From: Methanobacteriota archaeon
Lineage (GTDB): Archaea > Thermoplasmatota > Poseidoniia > Poseidoniales > Poseidoniaceae
Assembly (NCBI GenBank): GCA_002729095.1
Contig: PBWC01000045.1
Span: 108,778 to 172,777 of the forward strand
Reading direction: 5' to 3'
Length of the DNA stretch: 64,000 nucleotides
This document shows positions 42,229 through 51,580 of this stretch, piece by piece; within the stretch, counting starts at the first letter, position 1, and each line of letters starts with the position of its first letter. The notes beneath the pieces are model-generated. The model had not been told where the DNA came from, made no database searches, and saw only the letters and a program-made list of their open reading frames with translations. Position numbers and translations under genes: made by a program.

Positions 42229-43329
42229 GTGATTATTGAGCAGTTAGAAAGTAAGATTTTATCTGGTGGAGGTTTGAATTCCTTAACTGATAGTGAATTA
42301 TCTCAATTAGCATTGCACTTTGTAGGCGATGCACCTCCATCGCATGTCCCAAGAGAAACTGTTATCAGTATTTTATCAGAACAAGATAATGTAAAAAAAT
42401 GGCAACAAGGTGTAGTTGATAAGGCAAGGCAACTGGCAAGTAGTAAAATTTCAGAAACAGTTGAAAATGTTCAATCTAGGATTGAACAAAATTCAGATAA
42501 CCCAATGGTTGCAGCAATAAAAGATAAATTTGGAAAATGGCTTATTGATTCAGGATATAGTGTCTCCGAATTGACTGTAAAGTTAGATAAAGATGTAGAT
42601 GGAACTATTTCGATGGAAGAAATTTCCCAATTCATTTTCGACTTGACTGGCACTCAACCCCCTGGTTGGGTTCTGTCCAACGTCCACAGTGTACTGGATA
42701 GAAACTCAGACGGAATTATTGAAGTTTCAGAGTTGTGGTCTTATCTTGAAGAAATTGGATTTGAAATCCCTGAAATTGTAGATCCTGTTATTGAACTACC
42801 TGATGCAAATGAAGCAATAGATGAGATGCCTGAAACTACAATTCCAGATGACGAATTTGAGAAGCAACTTGAAGAAATAGATAATTACTCTGAACCTGAT
42901 GCTGAACAGATAGTCATCGAGGCGGAGCCAATTATTCAACAAGAGACTATAGAACAAGTTATTGAAGATGAAAATATTATCTCAACCACCATCGAGAGAA
43001 CCATTGAACTTTTAGAAAACTCAAAACTTCATAGCGAAGCATTATCTATTATTTCAAATTCTGAAGAAGGAAGTTGTACTCTACATATTGATAGGATAGA
43101 GAATAATCTAATGGTTTCGGATAGTTACCGCGGTGGAAAAACTCTCGTTGGATTGCTAGACGGTGGCCCTTACAATGTAGCAGTATTGTTTGAACCTGAG
43201 TTTAATGATTTGATTGAACAGCAAATTTCAAAATCAAAAACTGTAACATTTGACGCTCGATTATTTGAGTGGTCAAGTGGACTTCGCCAAGCCAAATTAA
43301 AAGGTAAGTCTCTCAATGTTGGCAATTAA
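42229..43329 (+). CDS. acidic EF-hand calcium-binding protein
   Basis: Two canonical 12-residue EF loops, DKDVDGTISMEE (nt 42586-42621) and DRNSDGIIEVSE (nt 42697-42732), each flanked by helices. Highly acidic C-terminal half. Confidence 0.5.
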   Translation: MIIEQLESKILSGGGLNSLTDSELSQLALHFVGDAPPSHVPRETVISILSEQDNVKKWQQGVVDKARQLASSKISETVENVQSRIEQNSDNPMVAAIKDKFGKWLIDSGYSVSELTVKLDKDVDGTISMEEISQFIFDLTGTQPPGWVLSNVHSVLDRNSDGIIEVSELWSYLEEIGFEIPEIVDPVIELPDANEAIDEMPETTIPDDEFEKQLEEIDNYSEPDAEQIVIEAEPIIQQETIEQVIEDENIISTTIERTIELLENSKLHSEALSIISNSEEGSCTLHIDRIENNLMVSDSYRGGKTLVGLLDGGPYNVAVLFEPEFNDLIEQQISKSKTVTFDARLFEWSSGLRQAKLKGKSLNVGN

Positions 43330-44516
43330 ACCAAAGAACGTGAGATAACAATTCTTTGTACTTCTTGTGTTCCCTCGTAAATCTGTGTTATCTTCGCATC
43401 TCGGAAAAATCTCTCGACTGGGAATTCCTTGGTATATCCGTATCCGCCTAAAACCTGTATCGCTTTTTCAGAAACCCACATTGCAGTATCTCCAGCGTAG
43501 AGTTTAGCCATGCTGGCTTCTTTTGTGTGTCTTTGACCACCGTTCTCATAATGTTCTTGTTTTGCCCATGAGGCTTTGTAAACCAATAAACGGGCTGCAT
43601 CAATCTTTGTTGCCATGTCAGAAAGGTAAGACATTATCATTTGGTGATGAGCAATTGGTTTTCCGAAGGCCTCTCTTTCATGAGAATACTTTAGAGCTGT
43701 TTCAAAGGCACCTTGAGCGATTCCTAGAGCCTGTGCTGCAATTCCAATCCTACTGTTATCTAATGCATTCATGGCGATGGGAAATCCTTTTCCGACACCT
43801 TTCAAAACATTTTCAACAGGAACTTTACAGTTCTCTAAAATCAGTGTGCAAGTGTCTGATGATCTAATTCCAAGTTTATCCTCTTTCTTGCCTACTTTGA
43901 AACCTTCAAAACTAGAATCCACAATAAATGCGGTAGTTCCACCATGCTTCTTGACTCCATAGTCAGGATGGTCAACATCTTTGGCGAAAAGAACAATTAT
44001 TTTTGCTTGTGCACCATTAGTAACCCACATTTTCTCACCATTCAAGATGAAGTGTTTGCCATCATCAGATAGTTTCGCTTTGCATATCATGGCAGCGGCA
44101 TCTGTACCTGCACCCGCTTCAGAGAGCGAGTATGCTCCCACCTCGCCAGCAGCCAACCTTGGTAGATATTTCTGTTTTTGTTCTTCATTCCCATGTAAAG
44201 AAATTGTTTTTGCACAAAGACCGACATGAACACAGAACATTACTCCAAAAGATGGATCTATTCTGGATAGTTCTTCAACAATAATTGATTCTGAAATGTC
44301 ATCAACTGGAGAACCACCATATTCTTCAGGAATTGTAACACCTTGAAGGCCATATTCAATGAATGATTGCCATTCTTCTGAAGGAGGTGTTTGGGTTTGG
44401 TCTCTATGCTCTGCTGTGGGCGCTAGTACTGTTTCAGCAAAGTCTCGGACCATTTCTCGAATCATTTGCTGTTCGTCGTTTTCTGCAAAATTCATGTTTC
44501 TCCCTATACACCCCAA
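43326..44516 (-). CDS. acyl-CoA dehydrogenase
   Basis: Full-length ACAD fold signatures: GSPVDD...EE, YSLSEAGAGTDAAAM, MWVTNG, FIVD, YAGDTAMWVSEKAIQVLGGYGY, catalytic Glu in the YEGT block. Confidence 0.85.
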   Translation of the reverse strand: MGCIGRNMNFAENDEQQMIREMVRDFAETVLAPTAEHRDQTQTPPSEEWQSFIEYGLQGVTIPEEYGGSPVDDISESIIVEELSRIDPSFGVMFCVHVGLCAKTISLHGNEEQKQKYLPRLAAGEVGAYSLSEAGAGTDAAAMICKAKLSDDGKHFILNGEKMWVTNGAQAKIIVLFAKDVDHPDYGVKKHGGTTAFIVDSSFEGFKVGKKEDKLGIRSSDTCTLILENCKVPVENVLKGVGKGFPIAMNALDNSRIGIAAQALGIAQGAFETALKYSHEREAFGKPIAHHQMIMSYLSDMATKIDAARLLVYKASWAKQEHYENGGQRHTKEASMAKLYAGDTAMWVSEKAIQVLGGYGYTKEFPVERFFRDAKITQIYEGTQEVQRIVISRSLV

Positions 44517-44615
44517 AAGGCCGTGTTTCTTAACCCGTTTGTATAAAAATGATTTTTCGATTTTCCCAAACTATTCAAATACAATGCCTTTGAGGCGCGT
44601 TTAGGAGGAAATGTA

Positions 44616-45017
44616 ATGGAAGATGAAACCCTACAATTTAAGGTTGCTCACAATAGGAAATATTCTACTTCTCATTTGTGGTACCAAGAAAAAGATGACA
44701 AACTGATGATTGGAGTTAGCGAATTTTTAAAGTTCGAAATTGGTGAAGTATTAAGAATTATTTTACCGCAAGCAGAAACTGAGGTCGATGAAGGAGATGG
44801 AATGTTTTCAATTTGGACCGCTGATGAAAAGTTACCTTTTGCTGCTCCTTTCTCAGGATTAATTACCGAAGTCAACGGAGAAGTTGAATATAGCCCACAT
44901 TTGGCTAATGAATCGGCATATGACCTCGGTTGGATTATTATTCTAGAACCTCACAATCTAGATCTTGAATTACTCTTAGATCCGGATGAATACGTTGATT
45001 ATTTGGCAGATCTATGA
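44616..45017 (+). CDS. glycine-cleavage H-protein-like (lipoyl/biotinyl hybrid-barrel) protein
   Basis: KYSTSHLWYQEKDD...IGVSEF...IGEV ... APFSGLITEVNGEV...SPHLANESAYDLGWII parallels the GcvH KYT-x-HEW ... APVSG-x-V-x-VN ... DGW core. A lysine is present near the hairpin tip (ADEKLPF). Confidence 0.5.
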   Translation: MEDETLQFKVAHNRKYSTSHLWYQEKDDKLMIGVSEFLKFEIGEVLRIILPQAETEVDEGDGMFSIWTADEKLPFAAPFSGLITEVNGEVEYSPHLANESAYDLGWIIILEPHNLDLELLLDPDEYVDYLADL

Positions 45018-45030
45018 TGTGGTGCCAATT

Positions 45031-45600
45031 ATGATTGCGATGGACCTCTTGAGAGAAAGTCTCGCAAATGCACCAGTAATTTGGAAAGGCGACTATCCTT
45101 ACTTCATACATCCCATAACTGATGGAGTTCCGCGATTAGATTCTAAAGTTCTTTCAGCAGTATCTGAACTATCAATCGAAGCGATTGAATGGGATGACGT
45201 TGACTTAATCCTTGGGATTGAGGCCATGGGACTTCCGTTAACCTCTCCAATCAGTGTTCAGACTGGAATCCCTTTGGTGATTGCTAGGAAAAGAAAATAT
45301 GAACTCGATGGCGAAGTTGTTATCGACCAAAATACTGGTTATTCAAAAGGATCAATGTACCTAAATGATATAAATCCTGGTGAAAAAATAGTAATTATTG
45401 ATGACGTTTTATCAACTGGCGGTACACTAAAAGCAGTAATTGAAGGAATACAAAGAGCTGGCGCAGAAGTAAAGCATATTTTGGTAGTTGTTGAAAAGGG
45501 CCCTGGACTAGAAAAATTAAAAAATAGTTATCCAGAAATAAAGATTGAATCTTTGGTAAAACTTGAGATGGATGGAGATAAGGTAGTTCTTTTGAACTAG
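45031..45600 (+). CDS. type I phosphoribosyltransferase (Apt/Hpt/PyrE-like)
   Basis: PRPP-binding motif KIVIIDDVLSTGGTLKAVIE. Start taken at ATG 45031, downstream of the GcvH-like stop. The six-frame ORF begins at 44986, overlapping the upstream gene. Confidence 0.5.
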   Translation: MIAMDLLRESLANAPVIWKGDYPYFIHPITDGVPRLDSKVLSAVSELSIEAIEWDDVDLILGIEAMGLPLTSPISVQTGIPLVIARKRKYELDGEVVIDQNTGYSKGSMYLNDINPGEKIVIIDDVLSTGGTLKAVIEGIQRAGAEVKHILVVVEKGPGLEKLKNSYPEIKIESLVKLEMDGDKVVLLN

Positions 45601-45611
45601 TTGGTGATAAT

Positions 45612-46721
45612 ATGGATTTAGATCGTCATGATTTTGAATTGGATGATTTGGTTAAACGAATCAAAGAAAATGATAACCGACTAATTGCCTTACAAGTACC
45701 TGAAGGATTGAAAATGCAGGCTTTGGAAATGATGGATGAAATAGAAAGTGAAACGAGTGCTAAAGTTGTTTTAGCTGCTGATCCATGCTATGGTGCTTGT
45801 GATTTAGTTCATGACAAGATGAGCATGATGGGAGTAGAATTAGTTGCGCACATGGGACACTCACAAATGAATATCGATTCTGGAATGCCAACACAATTTA
45901 TTGATGTTACCTATGATGGAGACCCTGAACTTTCTCCAGTTATCCCTTACCTAGAGGCTCACAGAAAAATGGCTTTAAACAGAAAAGGCGAACAAAATAT
46001 TGAACAAGAATTATCCGATGATAAAGCAAAAGAAAGATTCTTGGATGCTGTTGGGCGAGTTTCTCCATTAACCGATACAAAACTAGGACTTGTAGGTTCT
46101 ATACAACATCTTCACTTATTACCTGAATTTCATGACCGTCTAGAAAAAGCAGGCTTTGACGTTACAATTCCAATTGGAGGGGCAAGGTTATCTTTCCCTG
46201 GTCAAGTCTTGGGTTGTAACTATTCCGGAGATGACCCTTCAATAGGCCATTACTTGTTTTTAGGTTCCGGAGATTTTCACCCAATAGGACTAGTACTTCA
46301 TACTGGTAAACCTTTAGCGATGTTGGACCCATACACTGGTGATGCTGAAGAGATGTCTCTTGAAAGGATTGAGAGAATCCTAAGACAAAGATTTGGACTA
46401 ATTATGTCATGTGGAGATGCTGAATCATTCGGTATTTTAATCGGTGAGAAACCTGGACAAATGCGTAGAAGTTTAGCATTAAGAATGAAAAGAACTCTCG
46501 AAAAACATGGTAAAAAAGGATATTTATTAGCCTTAGAACATGTTGGACCGGAATTAATCGATTTCTATCCAGTTGATGCTTTTGTAAATACAGCATGCCC
46601 AAGAATTGCTATCGATGATGCAGTTAGATATAGAAAACCATTGATTACACCTTTTGAGTTAGAAGTTGCTCTGGGTGAAAAGAAATGGGAAACTGGATAT
46701 ATGTTCGATGAAATTCCTTAG
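45612..46721 (+). CDS. dph2: 2-(3-amino-3-carboxypropyl)histidine synthase (diphthamide biosynthesis Dph2)
   Basis: Archaeal Dph2 layout with three conserved Cys-containing blocks (DPCYGACD, GCNYSGDD, MSCGDAESF) and LQVPEGLKMQAL N-terminus. Confidence 0.7.
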   Translation: MDLDRHDFELDDLVKRIKENDNRLIALQVPEGLKMQALEMMDEIESETSAKVVLAADPCYGACDLVHDKMSMMGVELVAHMGHSQMNIDSGMPTQFIDVTYDGDPELSPVIPYLEAHRKMALNRKGEQNIEQELSDDKAKERFLDAVGRVSPLTDTKLGLVGSIQHLHLLPEFHDRLEKAGFDVTIPIGGARLSFPGQVLGCNYSGDDPSIGHYLFLGSGDFHPIGLVLHTGKPLAMLDPYTGDAEEMSLERIERILRQRFGLIMSCGDAESFGILIGEKPGQMRRSLALRMKRTLEKHGKKGYLLALEHVGPELIDFYPVDAFVNTACPRIAIDDAVRYRKPLITPFELEVALGEKKWETGYMFDEIP

Positions 46722-46797
46722 ATGGTTTAAATATCTAAGTTTTGAAGTAAATTTAATCCGTATATTCAATAACGGTTGGCGAAAGGCTTCTCATGTT

Positions 46798-47997
46798 ATG
46801 AGTGGATACCTCAATAGAATCGGTGCAGGATTTATTATTGAAAACAATGAAATCCTGGATTTTGATTTTGTACCAAATGAAATTGTTGGAAGGGAAGACA
46901 TTCAGAGAGAATTAGCCAATAAGTTCTCATCAATTGCAGATTCAAATTCAAGTTGTCGTGCAATTATTACTGGACCAGTTGGGAGTGGTAAAACTGTTTT
47001 AGCCAAAACCTTCTGTAGAGATTTACAAAAACACTTAGCCAACAAAAGAGACATACTAGTTTCGCACGTAAATTGTCGAAATGCTTCTACGAGTACTAGA
47101 GTTGTTCAAAGGATATTACATGAAATTGATCCCGGACATCCAGATAGAGGCCTTTCTATGGGTGAATTATTACTAAGTTTAAGAAAACTGATTCGTAGAA
47201 ATTCTTCTCACTTGGTAGTTGTTTTAGATGAAGTGGACCATATGCTTCGAAAGTCGGGAGATGATTTGTTATATCAGCTACTAAGAATTGATGAGGATCA
47301 ACAAGGAAAAGGAACCTTATCTCTAATTCTAGTAAGTCAAGAACAGGTGTTAGACGTTTTAGAAACTGCTGTAATTTCAAGAATGGGAAAAACCAATCTT
47401 TTACCCATTCCGCCATATAATTTTGATGGCCTTCTAAAAATCGCTGAACAAAGAGCAGAAATGGCACTACATGAAGGGACTTATTCGAAAGAGATTCTAA
47501 CCCTAATAGCAGAAAAAGCAGCCCCAAGCGGAGATGCAAGGCTCGTTATTGAATTGATTAAAGCTGCAGCAGAGGCGAGTGAATTCAGACAGGATGTACA
47601 TACAGATAGAATGATTACGATAAAAGATGTTCACTCTCAAGACAAAATTTTAGCAGTTGAAATGATTAGTGAAATTGAAACTGTTGATGACCTAAAACCA
47701 CATGCAATGCTCGTTCTCCTAAGTATTTGTAGAAGGTTGAGAAAAAAAGAATCCATGACAACAGGCGATGTAGAGAGTTTGTACGAAGTGGTTTGTGAGG
47801 AATATGAACAAGATATGAAGAGTCATACGACCATTTGGAAATATCTTAAAGAATTAGAAAATCGTCAGATTATTGTTTCAAGAATTGATACTGTGGGTGA
47901 TGGAAGAGGCAGAACTACTCATCTCAGTATGCCGCATTTTTTACCCACCGACATTGCAAGTCGGGTAGAAATGTTGCTAAAAAAACGACTCAAATGA
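46798..47997 (+). CDS. orc1: Orc1/Cdc6 replication initiator
   Basis: FVPNEIVGREDIQRELANKF N-terminal arm, Walker A ITGPVGSGKTVLA, Walker B VVVLDEVDHM, sensor motifs, C-terminal winged helix. Start at in-frame ATG 46798. The six-frame ORF begins at 46666 inside dph2. Confidence 0.8.
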   Translation: MSGYLNRIGAGFIIENNEILDFDFVPNEIVGREDIQRELANKFSSIADSNSSCRAIITGPVGSGKTVLAKTFCRDLQKHLANKRDILVSHVNCRNASTSTRVVQRILHEIDPGHPDRGLSMGELLLSLRKLIRRNSSHLVVVLDEVDHMLRKSGDDLLYQLLRIDEDQQGKGTLSLILVSQEQVLDVLETAVISRMGKTNLLPIPPYNFDGLLKIAEQRAEMALHEGTYSKEILTLIAEKAAPSGDARLVIELIKAAAEASEFRQDVHTDRMITIKDVHSQDKILAVEMISEIETVDDLKPHAMLVLLSICRRLRKKESMTTGDVESLYEVVCEEYEQDMKSHTTIWKYLKELENRQIIVSRIDTVGDGRGRTTHLSMPHFLPTDIASRVEMLLKKRLK

Positions 47998-48074
47998 TAT
48001 TTTAAACAATTCCTAACCATGCGGTGAGGCTAAATAAGGGTCGATGTTCGGCAAGGTGTCTAAGAGTGATTACT

Positions 48075-48566
48075 ATGGCTGTCGGTCAACAAGGAGAATT
48101 TGTAGCTGTCGTTAACGACACGAACCCAAAGAGTGGTGGCAAAGCCTACTCATTGAAGATTTCTGGTAACAACCATTCTCAATTACTCGGTAAGAAAATC
48201 GGTGATGTAATAGACGGAATTTTTGTTGGAGAAGGAGAACAAACTCTTTCTGGATATAAGTTAGAAATTACTGGCGGCTCTGATAAAACTGGAACCCCAT
48301 TAAGGAGAGATCTCGATGGAGGCTCTAGGCAGGCGGTTCTAGTTACTCGTTCAACTGGATTCAAAGGTCATAACTTAGTATTCAAAACTAAGGGTGGAGA
48401 AAAGAAAAGATTCAGATACAAGCCAGATGGTCTAAGAAAGCGAAGAAACTTTAGAGGAAATACAATCAATCAGGATACTAGACAGATTAACCTAAAGGTT
48501 GTAGAGGCTGGAAAAAAATCCTTGAGTGACATTCTTGCTTCGCAAAGCGAGGAAGCATCGGAGTGA
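48075..48566 (+). CDS. rps6e: 30S ribosomal protein S6e
   Basis: MAVGQQGEF...GNNHSQLLGKKIGDVIDG...GYKLEITGGSDKTGTPLRRDLDG S6e family blocks. Start at ATG 48075. Confidence 0.8.
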   Translation: MAVGQQGEFVAVVNDTNPKSGGKAYSLKISGNNHSQLLGKKIGDVIDGIFVGEGEQTLSGYKLEITGGSDKTGTPLRRDLDGGSRQAVLVTRSTGFKGHNLVFKTKGGEKKRFRYKPDGLRKRRNFRGNTINQDTRQINLKVVEAGKKSLSDILASQSEEASE

Positions 48567-48604
48567 ATCCCGAGAGGGTTATCGTAAGTTAGAGGAGGAA
48601 GTAA

Positions 48605-49843
48605 ATGTCACGAAAGCTTCCTTCACAACCGACTGTCAACATTGGACTTGTAGGCCATGTTGATCATGGAAAAACAACACTTACCAAAGCACTTTCTGGA
48701 ATTTGGACTGACACCCATTCAGAAGAGAGGAAGCGCGGTATATCTATCAAACTGGGATATGCTGATACTGCTTTTTACAAAACTAAAGATGGTAAATTCT
48801 ATCCTTCCGGAAGACACCCAGAAGGGAAGGAAGATTCTGAAAAGGAACTACAGAGAGTAGTTTCCTTTGTTGATGCGCCTGGACACGAGACTCTAATGGC
48901 AATTATGATCACTGGTGCATCAATTATGGACGGAGCACTTCTAATGGTTGCCGCAAATGAGGAATGTCCTCAACCTCAAACTAGAGAACATCTTATGGCA
49001 CTAAATATATCTGGAATCGAAAATATAATTGTAGTTCAAAATAAGATTGATCTCGTTACAAAGGAAAGGGCTGTTGAGTCATACAAAGAAATTAAAGAAT
49101 TCCTTAAAGGAACAGTAGCAGAAAATGCCCCAATTATTCCAGTTTCGGCACATCATGATGTTAACCTAGATGTTCTAATTGATGCCATTGAAACAACAAT
49201 TCCTACCCCTGATAGAAGTGAAGATTCCAGAGCATTGATGCATATTGCGCGTTCATTTGATATCAACAGACCAGGAACTAGACCAACCAAAATGCTCGGA
49301 GGTGTAATTGGTGGTAGCATAGTTGAAGGTGAATTCAAAATAGGGGATGAGATTGAAATTGGGCCTGGAAGAAAAATTGAGAAGGGATCAAAGACGCATT
49401 GGGAACCTATTTCTGCGACAGTTAGTAGCATGCAGGGTGGTGGAAACAACCTGGAATTAATGCATGCAGGAGGACTATGCGGGATGGCTACCGAACTAGA
49501 TCCTTCGATTACTACTTCTGATAATCTATCTGGTCAGGTTGTTGCCTTGAAAGGAAATCTCCCCGAAATTCGCTCAAAAATTAATATTTCAGTTGAACTA
49601 ATGGACCATATGGTTGGTGGAGAAGGAAATAGCGCAGATAAGATACATCCTCTGAGAAATAATGAGATGTTAATGATAAATGTTGCAACCGCCACATCTG
49701 TCGGTGTTACTAGAAATGCTGAAAAGAAAAAAACCAATCTCGAATTAAGATTACCAATTTGTGTAGATCCCGGCCAACGTGTATCTCTATCACGTAGAAT
49801 TGGTTCGAGATGGCGACTAATTGGTTATGGCATCATACAGTAG
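48605..49843 (+). CDS. eif2g: translation initiation factor 2 subunit gamma
   Basis: G1 GHVDHGKTTL, G3 DAPGHE, G4 QNKIDLV, zinc-knuckle region, domains II/III. 412 aa, typical aIF2-gamma. Confidence 0.9.
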   Translation: MSRKLPSQPTVNIGLVGHVDHGKTTLTKALSGIWTDTHSEERKRGISIKLGYADTAFYKTKDGKFYPSGRHPEGKEDSEKELQRVVSFVDAPGHETLMAIMITGASIMDGALLMVAANEECPQPQTREHLMALNISGIENIIVVQNKIDLVTKERAVESYKEIKEFLKGTVAENAPIIPVSAHHDVNLDVLIDAIETTIPTPDRSEDSRALMHIARSFDINRPGTRPTKMLGGVIGGSIVEGEFKIGDEIEIGPGRKIEKGSKTHWEPISATVSSMQGGGNNLELMHAGGLCGMATELDPSITTSDNLSGQVVALKGNLPEIRSKINISVELMDHMVGGEGNSADKIHPLRNNEMLMINVATATSVGVTRNAEKKKTNLELRLPICVDPGQRVSLSRRIGSRWRLIGYGIIQ

Positions 49844-49853
49844 ATGATTTTCT

Positions 49854-50234
49854 ATGTCTCAATGCATTATTATCGATGCTTGTGGATGGGTTGCAGTGAT
49901 AGATTCAGGAATAAATATTGATATTGAATTAGAGAAAATTTTTGGCTCTTTTCAACTAATTCTATTAGATTCTGTATTAGATGAATTGAAAGAAATTGAA
50001 AAAGAAAGAACAAAAAGAAAGACATTACTGATTTCAATGCTCGAAAATAAATCAAACAAAATAGATAATGAAGTATTTACACATACTGACGACCAAATTT
50101 TTTCAATTTCTGAACAACTTGGTTATGCCGTATTAACAGTTGACAAGGAATTGAAAAAACGTCTATATCAGTCATCGATTAAGGTTATTGAAGTAAATAA
50201 AAATAATCATCTAAAAATCCTGGAAAATCTATAG
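49854..50234 (+). CDS. PIN-domain protein (conserved downstream partner of aIF2-gamma in archaea)
   Basis: Acidic PIN residues in IIIDACGWV, THTDDQIF, LTVDKEL. The conserved rps6e-eIF2g-PIN gene order is established archaeal synteny. Confidence 0.5.
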   Translation: MSQCIIIDACGWVAVIDSGINIDIELEKIFGSFQLILLDSVLDELKEIEKERTKRKTLLISMLENKSNKIDNEVFTHTDDQIFSISEQLGYAVLTVDKELKKRLYQSSIKVIEVNKNNHLKILENL

Positions 50235-50237
50235 AAA

Positions 50238-50537
50238 CTAAGGTAGGGTGAATAAAACGTCATCTCCATGACCATCTAAAAGTCCTAACTTAACACCGGC
50301 GTCAATCCAAGCATGAGCATAATTGATCGCTCCAAAGGCTCTAACCAAATCTCCAGAATTCAAAAAATGATTAGCGTCAAAAGTATAATCATCTGCCATT
50401 CTGAGCAAGATATGTAATTTTCTTTCTTCAGCAGTACCTTTTTCCACCAAAGGAGTGGCCTTTTTTCTAGCTTTGGAGGTTATATCTAGATATTTCTTCA
50501 CTCTTTCATGAGTAATCCTTTCTAAATCTTCACTCAT
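50238..50537 (-). CDS. small alpha-helical conserved hypothetical protein
   Basis: 99 aa. RAFGAINYAHAWIDAGVKLGLLDG motif. Start overlaps the upstream beta-propeller gene stop by 4 nt (ATGA), so it is the last gene of a three-gene operon. Confidence 0.3.
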   Translation of the reverse strand: MSEDLERITHERVKKYLDITSKARKKATPLVEKGTAEERKLHILLRMADDYTFDANHFLNSGDLVRAFGAINYAHAWIDAGVKLGLLDGHGDDVLFTLP

Positions 50538-51580
50538 TCTCCGTCCTCCTTTTGTCTCTTTAACAAACGTCTAACATCTTCACTTCTTCCTAATGACTGG
50601 TATAATTCAACTGCTAAGGATAGTCTACCCTCGTCTTCTGCGTTTCTAGCCCTTAGGAATGCTGTCTTTCTATCATCCCAATTCTTAGCCAGAGCTGCGT
50701 CTGCTGCTGCCTTGTATCGACTTTCTCTTTGAGATTGAGCCAAATGTGGGGCTGTCCAAAATCGAACAAGTCCTTGTCTAGTTGCAGAAACCATAGAATC
50801 TAAGGTTAAATCTTCAAGCATATCTCCCAAATTCATACCTGTACCTAGCTCAGTTAATTCATTTTGTTGACTACTCGAAATATGAATTAAGTAACCTTCA
50901 ATACCTAATACCCACCAACCATCTCCACACCTTATGCCTTCCATCGGTTCTAGAGAGTCCGATTGTAGGCGTTCAATATTGTCCCATCCAAATGGATTGG
51001 GTACTCCTTCCCAAATCTCTCCATTACTTGATTGAAGTAATAATCTTCCTGCTGATATTTTTGTTACCCAACTCCATATCCTTTCCTCTAAAATTCGCTT
51101 CTGATATTTCTGAGCAAGTTTTCCACAACTCAACTTACCATCACTAGACTGCCACAATAAATGCTCTCTATCTAACCACCCGATTAATCTTCTAACTTTA
51201 CCACTATCAAAACGTCGGATTCCTTTTCCTTCATGAGTAAAAAGGTGTAATTGTCCTTCTCTTCCTGATAATATCCAACCGCCCCCTGGTCTTGAGGAAA
51301 TATCAGTGAATCCGCCAAATGTAGATCTCCCCTCATGAATCATAGTGCCATCTATTGTCGAAATTACATAGAACCCATGTGCAGCAAGTACTGCTAGAAT
51401 TCCATTACTAGAATCCATTGCATGGACTTTGAATGGCATATCTATCTTCCAACGGACCTCGCCATCAGACTCTATCAAGAATAATTCTAGTCCACTGCTA
51501 ATTGCAACTCCACCTTCAACTGAAGCAATACATGCAATTCGGGTTGGTGCTTGCCAGGACCAAGAAATTGTCCAAGTCAT
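50534..51580 (-). CDS. beta-propeller (PQQ/WD-like) protein with C-terminal TPR-like helical tail
   Basis: 348 aa. Repeated W/G-rich beta-strand blocks (GWILSGREGQLHLF, GWLDREHLLWQSSDG, GWWVLGIEGYLIHI), then a helical region (RYKAAADAALAKNWDDRKTAFLRARNAEDEGRLSLAVELYQSLG). Start ATG overlaps the upstream stop by 1 nt (TAATG). Confidence 0.4.
   Translation of the reverse strand: MTWTISWSWQAPTRIACIASVEGGVAISSGLELFLIESDGEVRWKIDMPFKVHAMDSSNGILAVLAAHGFYVISTIDGTMIHEGRSTFGGFTDISSRPGGGWILSGREGQLHLFTHEGKGIRRFDSGKVRRLIGWLDREHLLWQSSDGKLSCGKLAQKYQKRILEERIWSWVTKISAGRLLLQSSNGEIWEGVPNPFGWDNIERLQSDSLEPMEGIRCGDGWWVLGIEGYLIHISSSQQNELTELGTGMNLGDMLEDLTLDSMVSATRQGLVRFWTAPHLAQSQRESRYKAAADAALAKNWDDRKTAFLRARNAEDEGRLSLAVELYQSLGRSEDVRRLLKRQKEDGE

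Noticed and set aside
46722-48074. Looked for a replication origin (ORB repeats flanking an AT-rich DUE) next to orc1/cdc6
   Set aside because: The intergenic spacers on both sides of orc1 are only ~76 bp and contain no repeated elements. If oriC is orc1-adjacent in this genome, it is not within this window's flanks. The only repeat array in the window is at 53503-53559.
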